Below are positions 1 through 9,706 of a DNA stretch of 64,000 nucleotides, one piece after another; position 1 is the first letter of the stretch; every line of letters starts with the position of its first letter. This stretch comes from Histomonas meleagridis 2922-C6/04-290x. Its lineage: Eukaryota; Protista; Parabasalia. The stretch is taken from contig JAANOX010000022.1 in NCBI GenBank assembly GCA_020184695.1, positions 1 through 64,000 on the forward strand. Reading direction: 5' to 3'. Both the position numbers and the translations under genes were made by a program. Under the pieces are notes generated by a model. It ran no database searches, was not told where the DNA came from, and saw only the letters and a program-made list of their open reading frames with translations.

Positions 1-148
1 TTATTACTTTCAATCAAAACCAACCGATTTATGATAATTCAATCGATTTTAGCCGTTCATCCTTTAGTTTATGTAGCGCGGGTGGGAGCGAGTGCGTAGC
101 ACGAAGCTCACATAGCGCTGTGTGTGTGTGTGTATTTGAAATAATTTT

Positions 149-835
149 TTGGATAGAGTAATAGGCATTACTAAAATGATAATTAAAAAATATACAAAAC
201 AAGGAGAAGTTCATGGACGAACAATAAAGGATCGATTTTGGAAATATTCGCAATTTAAATTCACAGCAATAACAAAAGGATGGGATCTTTCTAAGTATTC
301 ATTAGATCATTGTGAGTGTGGTTGGAATGATTATTATTCAAGTATCTCATATGTGAGATTTCCATGTATACATGAAATTTTTAATAATATATTCAATAGA
401 GCACCATCACCATCAGAGCTTATTATAGAATCTTATTCACAAATAAATGAAGTAAAATTAATAGAAACACAAAAAGTAAGAAATCTTCCGAGAATATCAA
501 ATGAAATAGATACAACAAAAATGCCATTAGAATCTAATGATGAAGAAATTTCTCACAAGGTTTCAAGCTTCGTATATGAGGGTCCAAATACAAAATATGC
601 CAAAGAAGAATTCTGGAAAGTGGTTCGCGAACTGAAGGTGATGTATAAAATTGATAAACATGATGCAATTGATATTGTTATGAATGAGTTTGCGCAGTGG
701 GGATCAAATAATGAGCAAACTGCTTCAATAACTAATATTGCTCATATTAGAATTTCTTGTTGGAGTGTTGGGATTAAGTTTAAGGAAAAGAGGGATAAAA
801 GCCAACGACAGGGTAACAGTGATACACATTCTTAA
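149..835 (+). CDS. Hypothetical protein with SWIM-like zinc-finger motif (possible MULE transposase-derived remnant)
   Basis: 228-aa ORF with TTG start; contains C-E-C-x15-C-I-H (CECGWNDYYSSISYVRFPCIH), matching the CxCxnCxH SWIM pattern; no DDE core visible. Confidence 0.35.
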   Translation: MDRVIGITKMIIKKYTKQGEVHGRTIKDRFWKYSQFKFTAITKGWDLSKYSLDHCECGWNDYYSSISYVRFPCIHEIFNNIFNRAPSPSELIIESYSQINEVKLIETQKVRNLPRISNEIDTTKMPLESNDEEISHKVSSFVYEGPNTKYAKEEFWKVVRELKVMYKIDKHDAIDIVMNEFAQWGSNNEQTASITNIAHIRISCWSVGIKFKEKRDKSQRQGNSDTHS

Positions 836-1453
836 AGTCTTTCACATATGAATAAACATCGAAGGTGAATAACAAATATTTTTGTTTCAATACATAGTTT
901 TGAGATTTAGTAATATACTTTCAATGACAAATGCATTCATTGCACGATAAAAAGAACAGAAAGCTCAAGGAAGATAAATAAATATTTCCATTCTAATAAA
1001 ATAGTATATAAAAGCTTTGAAATATTCAGATTTGGTGATAATACAATTATCTTTGGCTCTTCAAAGCCTTGTTTTGGTCTGAAAACGAGTGACAATCAAT
1101 TTTAAAACACTATGGTAGATAGTTAACTAAATCAGCAAGTATAATATTTTGTTAAATACTTTTGTGTTTAAAGCGGCGTTCATATTTAGCTCTTGGTAAA
1201 CAAAAAGGTTCTTTCATTATTTTCTATAAATCTTCGTGAAGTCCAATCATTTGATAAGTCCGAGAAACATGTTTTAGAAGAAATGGTTTTTGGCGCTCAA
1301 TAAACTGCGAACGAACTATCAGAAAAAATATTTCAATGCATTAATTCAAAATATTCTATGAGGTCTTTGATGCCGAAATTTCAATTAAACATCACTTGTT
1401 CTATGTAATTTTAAGTTTAATTTGTTAAAAGTTCATTGCGAAATTTTTATAGT

Positions 1454-1760
1454 CCTAAAAATTTCCTTGAATTGACAGAAGGTTTCATTGATATTGCAAA
1501 AATACTTTTAAAACATGACCAAATCGATGTTAATTTAAAAGTAATTTAAATATTTTATTCGAAGATTATTTTATTAATTTGATGTTTTAAGATTATATCA
1601 GGTATTCAAATAAAGCAAGAATTACAGCAATCATGATTGCTGCTTCGAATGAGCATAATGAAATTAATATGCAAATATCTTTCTTGGGTGGAAGGATATT
1701 GATCTCAATGATCCAAATATTTGCATTATCCAATTAATAATCTTCCTAAAAACAATATAT
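1454..1760 (+). pseudogene. Degenerate ankyrin-repeat remnant with a 77-nt spacer
   Basis: Reads ...EGFIDIAKILLKHDQIDVNLKVI, then a 77-nt spacer (1547-1623), then TAIMIAASNEHNEI; no intact upstream ORF. Confidence 0.6.
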
Positions 1761-2070
1761 TTTTCTATATTTTTAATGTTTGAAAGTTCATACGATTCTT
1801 AATTTATTTTTAATTTTATTAGAAGAAATGGATTTAATGAAATTTCAGATAAGGTAATTTTTGTTCAACAAATTTTTTATTGTAGTGAATTTTTTCTTAC
1901 TGAGCATTTCAGAGATGTTCAAAATAACACTCAAGTGAGTTATTTATACAAAAAAGTGTCAGAACTGTAAAATGGGGCATCCTGTTGTTTAATCGTATTT
2001 CAATTTAGACAAGAAATATTTCAATTGAAAAAGTGGGTTGATTATCAACCAAGAAGCCAAGCAAAATCAA

Positions 2071-3300
2071 ATGAAAATCAACCCAAATATTCCAAAATAT
2101 AGAGCCCTTCTTGATGCATACCTTAGTGTTTGCGAATCAGATATAATGAAGTATGCAGAAAAAGAAAAACAATTAATTCTTCCTATTCCTGAACAAGATT
2201 TACTTCAAAAACTTTTCCAAGAAGTCAAAAATCTTTTTATGGCAGAGTCTACAATGCTTGAAATTAGGTCTCCTTGTATTATTGTTGGTGACATTCATGG
2301 ACATCTTCTTGATCTCTTACGCATTATCCAAAACTTTGGGTTACCAGGACCTATTCGTTATGTATTTTTAGGGGATCTTATTGACAGAGGAGAGTTTTCA
2401 ATTGAAACTCTTATAATCGTTTTTTTATTGAAAGTATTATTTCCTACACGAGTTTTTATCATTCGTGGCAACCACGAATTTGCAACCCTTTGTAGCCAAT
2501 GTGGTTTTCTCAGTCAAATGTTTGCTTTTTTTGGAGATATGTTATTATATTATCTTTCAATACAAACATTTGAATACATTCCACTTGCAGCTCTCATTGA
2601 CAAACAGATCCTCTGCATTCATGGAGGTCTTGATCCTAATCTTAATAATGTTGATCAGATTCGTTCAGTCAAACGACCTATTTCTGAGTTCACAGGAGAT
2701 TTTATAGATTCACTTGTGTGGAGTGATCCAACAGATAACATTGATGACTTCGAAGTGTCAAGTCGAGGCTCAGGGTACACTTTTGGGTGTAAAGCATTGA
2801 AATCGTTTCTATCGTCCAGTAAAATTGAGATGCTTGTTCGAGGCCATGAATGTGTTTTTAATGGGTGTAAGTATCATTTTGATGGCCGCCTTGTGACAGT
2901 TTTCAGTGCCTCTAATTATTGTGGGATGGTTGGTAATGAAGCCGGTGTATTAGTCATTCATAGTCCCATGAATTATGAAGCCAAAACATTTCCACCATTA
3001 AAATGGTTGTTACGTACAGAAGTTACATTCATTTCGATGAAATCGAATGTTACTAAAAAGGTGATCACAAAGTCCGAGATCATCCGCACAAAGAAAACAA
3101 GAGAATCTGCTTCAACGCGTCCATTGCATCCAATTGTAACAGCGCCAATGAAAGAGACAACGAACTCCGCAAGACAACTTCCGAAGCTGGAGCAGAATCA
3201 AAGTCCACGAAAAGAACAGAAAAGAACACAACAGAGAACAAGAATAACAAAGTTAACACGACACGCCGGAACGCCGAAGTTGTTGTTCCAGTTTTCTTAG
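2071..3300 (+). CDS. PPP-family (PP1-like) Ser/Thr protein phosphatase with basic C-terminal tail
   Basis: Motifs GDIHG, GDLIDRG, RGNHE, HGG, RGHE, FSASNY; first ATG at 2071 (the ORF track starts at TTG 2038). Confidence 0.93.
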   Translation: MKINPNIPKYRALLDAYLSVCESDIMKYAEKEKQLILPIPEQDLLQKLFQEVKNLFMAESTMLEIRSPCIIVGDIHGHLLDLLRIIQNFGLPGPIRYVFLGDLIDRGEFSIETLIIVFLLKVLFPTRVFIIRGNHEFATLCSQCGFLSQMFAFFGDMLLYYLSIQTFEYIPLAALIDKQILCIHGGLDPNLNNVDQIRSVKRPISEFTGDFIDSLVWSDPTDNIDDFEVSSRGSGYTFGCKALKSFLSSSKIEMLVRGHECVFNGCKYHFDGRLVTVFSASNYCGMVGNEAGVLVIHSPMNYEAKTFPPLKWLLRTEVTFISMKSNVTKKVITKSEIIRTKKTRESASTRPLHPIVTAPMKETTNSARQLPKLEQNQSPRKEQKRTQQRTRITKLTRHAGTPKLLFQFS

Positions 3301-3371
3301 TTTGAGAGTTGTCAATTGGCAATTTATTGTAAGTAAAGTGTTAGTTATATTTGTAATTCTTTATTTAAAAT

Positions 3372-5403
3372 TTAAGTAAATTGTTCATTTCCATTTCGAT
3401 TAAGAAGTAACTGAACAATTTCTGTATGATTAAACTCTTTTGCACGCATAAGTGCTGTTTCATTTGATTTGAATGATCTCCAAATATTGTTGTAAAATTC
3501 CAAAATATTATAACAAATTTCAAATAAAATATTTAAATATTTTTGGCATTGATGTTAATTCCTTCTTGTTCAAGAAGCATTTTGAATATTTCTATGTTGC
3601 CAGTTGCTGATGCAAACATAAGTGCTGTCTCATATTCTATTAATAATTTCCAATTATTCTTTTGAAATATAAAATTATTATAATAAACACCAAATAAAAC
3701 AAGCATATATTTTCAGCATTGATATTAATTCCATTTTTTTCAAGAAGCATTTTAACTATTTCTGCATGACTATTTATAGTCGCAAGTATAAGTGCTGTTT
3801 CAAATAATTTAAATAATTTCCAAGTATTATTTTGAAATATAAAATTATTAAAATAAATACTAAAGAAAACAAATAAACATCTTCAGCATTGATATCAATT
3901 CCTTCTTGTTCGAGAAGTAATTTAACAACAACTGCATGACCTTTAGCAGATGCTTTTATAAGTGCTGTTTCAAATAATTTAAATAACTTCCAAATATTAT
4001 TTTGAAATACAAAATTATTAATATAAATACTATTTAAAACAAATAAATATCTTCAGTATTAATATCAATTCCTTTTTGTTCAAGAAGCAATTTAACGATT
4101 TCTATGTGACCATTTTCAGATGCTAACATAAGTGCTGTTTCAAATGACATAAATAACTTCCAAATATTATTTTGAATTATGAAATTATTATAATAAATTT
4201 CAAATATTATAAATAAATACCTTTTGCATTGATATCAATTTGTTTATGATCAAAAATATATTTAATAAGTTCAATATTTCCTGATTTTGATGAATAAACT
4301 AAAATATCTTCTGGAATTTCATGTTCTTTAACAAAATATTTTATAAGAAATATATTCCCTATTGTTGCTGATTCGTTGATAATATCATTTGTGATTTTCA
4401 TTCCTCTTCCAATTAAAAATGATAAAATTTCATAGTTATGATATGATATACATTTCTTTCCTAACTCCTCTAAATTGTTCATTCTAACAATTTCAGATAT
4501 ATAACGAAAAACATCATTTCGATGAAACATAATTGCTGCTTCATATGCATCTTCAAATGATGAATGATTTTGTTCACATAAATGAATGATCTCTTCATTT
4601 CCACCTGCAACTGCATATTTACCTGTATTTTCTACTTTTGCACCATTCATAAGTAAATATTTAAAACATTTGACTGATGAAAAAAATGCTGCATAATCAA
4701 TTAATGTAACATAAGGATAAACTTGATTAACAAATGAACACCTTTCATAAAGAGATGGTTGAATATGTTGATTAAAATTAAAATTATTTTGTGAAGATAT
4801 CTCTTGAAGTTTTTCTATTTCATCATTTCGAATTATTTTCGCTATTTCACTTGGATTATGGCCTTCTTCAATTAATTTCTTATGAAGTTCAAAATTGTTC
4901 TTTGAAAGTTCTTCGAAATTTTCTAAAAAAGCTTGACAAAATTCATCATTATATATTACTTTATTTTCTTTTTCTGTTTTATAATGCGCAAAATATTTTG
5001 ATATTTTGCTTTTAATGATATTTTTATCAATTAAATTTCTTTCAATCATTTTTTGAATTAAATAAAGTGATTCTTGTGAGTTATTTCCATTTATATAATT
5101 ACCAAATATTTCTAAAATTTTAGAATTATTAGAATTGATTTCTTCTTCTTTTGTTTGAATTGCTATTAAACAATTTAAATATATATCAACATCATTTACA
5201 TATTTTGTAACCAATAATGAATAAATAATTTGGCTAACCATAAGGTTAAAAGAGTAAGTGTAGTTATGATCATAAAAGTCAACGAACAAATTAACAGTTT
5301 GCATTATGTTTACTTTATTCAGAGAAAAAATAACACTTTGGATATTTTGAAGCATTTTCATATAGTTTAATTTTGTGGATTGCTTTTCTTTTTTTGTATC
5401 CAT
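3372..5403 (-). CDS. DUF3447/ankyrin-repeat gene (locus A), ankyrin array interrupted by five 77-nt spacers
   Basis: ORF 4207-5550 (ATG at 5403) has the LIDYAAFFSSVKCFKYLL..GKYAVAGGNEEIIHLCEQ core; downstream open 93-nt blocks encode TALxxA.xxGH.EIVKLLLEQ.GIDINAxDI; the last block ends ...NGNEQFT-stop at 3372. Confidence 0.85.
3459..4215 (-). repeat. 170-nt periodic array (93-nt ankyrin block + 77-nt spacer), locus A
   Basis: AGTGCTGT (reverse complement of Thr-Ala-Leu codons) at 3451, 3621, 3791, 3961, 4131; spacing exactly 170. Confidence 0.95.
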
Positions 5404-6164
5404 GAAAGATTGTGATATGAAATCTGAATAGAGTTGTAAGAAAAAATAAGCAAAAATAAGTTTAATTATGAAAAAGTGGGAAATTGACAAATTTACGTCA
5501 AAATTTGAATAAATAATTATCACTTTTTCAATGTGATGTATTTTGCCCACTGATCACTTTTTCATATTTAATTTGTATTTTTGCCCACTTCTCCCTCGTG
5601 TGAAAGGATAAAATAAACGGTTTTATCGATATTTATCGATATTATACTGATAAAAAAGTGACAATATGCATTCAAAATTTTCATATCGTTCTGAACGATA
5701 GTATTTAAAATTTCATCATAAAAATAAAAATATCTTGTGAAAATGGATATATATTTATGCTAAATCAAACTGATAGTAATTACAATCTAAGGAGGTTATA
5801 TTTTCTATCTTATTCAAATGGTATATTCATAAAATTGATTTTCGAAAATTTATAAGCATTAATGAGAATGCTATCAAGATAAAGTAGTCTAATTGTGGTC
5901 ACACATTTAGTGCATTTGCGATTAATAATCAATTTCAAACATCGCGAAACTCCACATTTTTTCAAAAAGTGGTATCGGTCGGTAGTATTTTAGTGTACTA
6001 TTACTTGTTGTTACTTTTTAAAATATCTACTTTTTGATTATTTCATTAAAATAATTATCGCTTTGCTCAAAACGTACTTTGACATAATGCTAATATTGCA
6101 AATTTCATATGATGAAATTGAATATAATTATCAGCCCTCATATAAAACGATTTAAATTAATGTA

Positions 6165-7372
6165 AAGTATTCTACAATAAGTTTCCCACGTAAAGCTATC
6201 AAATAACTTCCGCAGACAAGGAACATGCTGGCGACAAAAACAACAATAAAAAGAAGGCAGGAAATAGCAAAATGGATATACCTAGGGTATTCAGATACGG
6301 ACATTAAACGGATGACTGGTCATGACCACAAGACTGTAAAATTGGTTCGAAAAATGATTAAAGATGGGGAAGACATTTGCTTTCAAAAAACAAAACTTGA
6401 AGCCCCGACGAAGATTACAACAAAACTCCTGGAATTTGTTGATGATATGACGAAAGCAAATCCACGATTATCAAATCTTTCGTTATCAGTCTTTGCTAAT
6501 CAATCTGGAAAATTCAACAACAATATAAGCGAATCTACCATCATGAGAGCAAGAAAGATTCTAGAATATCGATTCAGCTACCCATTGATTTCATTTGCAC
6601 TTACAGAGAAACAGAAAAGCGACAGTTTATCGTTTGCACAAAAGCATTTGCAGCTTGGAACCGACTGGACAAAAGTGCTGTTCACAGATGAAAGCTATTT
6701 TTGGCTCAACGAGGATCATCGACCTCTTTATCGAAAAAAAGGCGAGAAATGTCCTGGAGTTATAGTTACTGAAAAAAAATTCCCAGATAAGGTTTTGGTG
6801 TTTGGTGGGATATCTTCCCAAGTCAAAACAAACCTCATCATTAGTGAAAAAGGGACCATTGACCATGTTTCCTATGTAGACGAACTGATAGATGGAAGCG
6901 GTTTGATACCGCATATGAATGAAGTCTATGGAATCAAAGGTTGGATTTTAATGCAAGATGGAGCAACCGCTCATACTTGCAGAGACACTATATATTACTT
7001 AAGAATGTACGTTAACATTCTAGTAGACTAGATTTCAATGAACCCAGATTTCAATCCAATTGAGAATCTATGGGCGATTATGAAAAGAAAAGTTCATGAA
7101 CTTAAGCCGAAAACCATTGATGAGCCATGTGCTGCGATATTCGAAGTCTGGGATAGCATCTCCCCTGAAATGCTTCAAAATCTTGCAAACTCTATGCAAG
7201 ACAGACTGCAACAAGTTATTCGCAATAATGGGGATCATACCAACTACTAAAAAAAACAAATAAATTTTGAATTCTTCAATAAGTTCCCCAAACGATAGAA
7301 CTTTTTAATATAAGTGCGAGGGTTATTGGCCTAAAAAAGTGTATCGTTCGGAAAACTTATTGAAGAATACTA
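6165..7372 (+). mobile_element. Tc1/mariner (DD34E) DNA transposon, ~1.2 kb
   Basis: ~21-nt TIRs (AGTATTCTACAATAAGTTTCC / reverse complement AGTATTCTTCAATAAGTTTTC) flanked by TA at 6163-64 and 7373-74; internal direct copy of the TIR motif at ~7271-7287; encloses the transposase ORF. Confidence 0.82.
6225..7250 (+). pseudogene. Tc1-family transposase with one in-frame TAG
   Basis: N-terminal HTH-like region, FTDES, MQDGATAH, NPIENLW; 34 residues between second D and E; ORFs 6225-7031 and 7038-7250 are in the same frame, split by TAG at 7029-31 where Trp (TGG) is usual. Confidence 0.88.
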
Positions 7373-8799
7373 TAAATATAGTCAAATAAAATTGCATTTG
7401 ATATAATTTACCAATTTATATATTCTTAATGCATTTTGAGTTCCATCCACAGTGTTTGAATGCTTGTTTATTAACGGTATTATAAGTTTAGACTGAGTTT
7501 CGAAAAAAATATATCAATTATCATTCACACTAAATTTTAATATTATGCATAATTATATTCTAAATATTATTGGTAAATTATTTATAATCAAAATAGTTTG
7601 GATATTCATAATTATTCATGAGAAGTTTTAGTTTTATTGATTTTTATTTGAATGCTATCGTCGATTACGATACAAGAAATTTGAATACAAGTTCGTCACT
7701 TTTTTTATCAGGATAATATCGATAAAATCTGATATTTTTATCAGCTGATAAATATCGACTGATAACGATAGAATATCGATAAAATATCGATAACGGTTTT
7801 GACATTTATCAGCGGTTTATCGATATATCAGAGCCCAACCTTGTTCATAAGAGTGATGTCATCACATTGGTGAAAAAATCGAAAGCAATTGACTTGAGAG
7901 TAACGAATAACCGTCAATTTTTGTCGATCTGACACTTCGAGTAAAACACACAAATATGATGTAAAGTATAGAAATCATGCTGAAAAATTAAAAATTGATT
8001 TGAAACAGCCATAATTATATAAATAAAAATCTGATTAGTAGGTAATAACTTCTATTTAATTTTCTAAAATTTCAGAAGACAGATTTTTTAATTTTTTTTA
8101 TACATAAATTAATGTTAAATTTATACGATTTTCAGAAAATTGTCTTGTGAATTTTTTTTAAATTAAATGTGCTATTGTGGGTGCATTCGGTGTTGTCGTG
8201 ATTGCCGTTAATTGGTTAGAAATCAAATTTACCTTGAGAAAAAATTATTTGAACTTTTCACTTCATCTTTGGATGAATATGACTCATCACCTTGAAGGAA
8301 CCATTGTTAACAGCAGGTATGCTTTATAATGATTAACAACCTTTGAGTTTACGAATGCTTTAATATCCATTGAGAAAACATTCATTTTTCAAAATTAACG
8401 TACAGTTTTTGACCGTTTATTTATCCGAGCACGTTTAAAGTGCTTTTGGCAATTTCGAATATAATGACTGCTTTACATAACGATTATTATATCAATGTAT
8501 TGACAAAGAAAAAACGATAATCTCATAAACAAAAAGTTGACCATGATGTGGTTTATTGACACTTTTTCGCCCACTTTAAATCGTTATAATCTCCTAATTA
8601 TATTTGTTTACATGTAGAGAATATCATTATTGTCAATTGTTATCCGAACTAAGTGAAAATAAACAAATCATATATGTATAATTCGATGAATTATTTAAAA
8701 AATTGTGGAACCTCCTCGGAAAGTAGAACGTTAGAAATTTCAAAAGTTTATTTTCACTTGTTATGACATTAACGGTTTCGTTTTAAAAAGTGGCATTAG

Positions 8800-9393
8800 A
8801 TGCAACCTCAAATCCCAAGAGTCGTCATGATTGGCGATTCTGCTGTTGGTAAAACATCAATCGTAGAACGCTTATGTAAAAATAACTGGAAATCAGATAC
8901 TGTACCAACAGTGTCAACATCTTTTTTTGTATTAAAAGGAGACCCAGATAATGAGCATAGTCAAGATATTCAAATATGGGACACAGCTGGAGCAGAGCGT
9001 TATCGTGCGCTCAACAGTGTTTATTACCATAACGCTACTGGAGGAATTTTAGTATTTGATTTAGTTTGTAGAGAATCATTCAATTCATTAAGTTCATGGA
9101 TCGATGAATTTTCAGGCCTTGCGCAACCTGGGGCAATAATTGTTGTCGTGGGCAATAAGTTAGATTTGTATGAAACATCTCAAGAAAGAGTTAATCTAGA
9201 CGAGGCTGAAAAATGGTGTAAAGTTAAAGGCCTTAAATTTATTGCAACGTCAGCATGTAGTGGAACAGGAATTCAAGAACTTCTTGATTATATCATGTCA
9301 GTAATTTCACAAAAAGAAATATCATACTTCCCTTCTGCTGTTGCACTAAATAATGCACCTCAAAAAAGTAATAATGGGGGATGTTGCAATTAA
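8800..9393 (+). CDS. Rab-family small GTPase
   Basis: GDSAVGKTS, WDTAGAERY, GNKLD, ATSA, C-terminal GGCCN prenylation motif. Confidence 0.93.
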   Translation: MQPQIPRVVMIGDSAVGKTSIVERLCKNNWKSDTVPTVSTSFFVLKGDPDNEHSQDIQIWDTAGAERYRALNSVYYHNATGGILVFDLVCRESFNSLSSWIDEFSGLAQPGAIIVVVGNKLDLYETSQERVNLDEAEKWCKVKGLKFIATSACSGTGIQELLDYIMSVISQKEISYFPSAVALNNAPQKSNNGGCCN

Positions 9394-9706
9394 TTTTTGC
9401 TTTGTTTCAAATAATCATTTTTTGAAATATTAAAATTTCTATCATTAATAAATCCAATGTTTACATAGATTTCATTCTGTGCAATATGTAAAGTGATATC
9501 CGACTGTCGGATTTGATTATATTCGGGTAGAATTTTGATTAACTAAATATGAATAATATTTGCAAATATTTTCATATCCATTGCGCGTTGGAAAGGCTAG
9601 ACACTTACTTTCATTAAAAATATTTTACTTATAAAATTGTAAGTGATACAACCATTGTTTGACAAACTCCTTTTTATTCAATTAAAAATTAATTGATAGC
9701 AAATAT

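Larger units (their letters stand above)
5620..7840. mobile_element. Outer non-autonomous TIR element with ATCGAT-rich ends, hosting the Tc1 insertion
   Basis: 5623-5682 (TATCGATATTTATCGATATTATACTGATAAAAAAGTGAC...) is an imperfect inverted repeat of 7676-7734; the right end has further ATCGAT/CTGATA repeats to ~7835; the left end looks truncated. Confidence 0.55.

Noticed and set aside
4130-4225. Canonical GT-AG intron explanation for the spacers (GGT|ATT...ACAG)
   Set aside because: An 86-nt GT-AG removal is frame-restoring only in the two spacers preceded by GGT (loci A and E). It would delete the conserved D-I and T residues. Most copies have GAT/AAT at the donor, and several lack the AG.
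7029-7031. Stop-codon reassignment (TAG in the transposase, TAA at 29393)
   Set aside because: Long conserved genes have no internal stops and end at TAA/TAG where expected; these are isolated nonsense changes or errors.
8150-8330. Minus-strand fragment with PINGNHD (metallophosphoesterase-like motif)
   Set aside because: Very short and riddled with stops; cannot be supported beyond a possible remnant.
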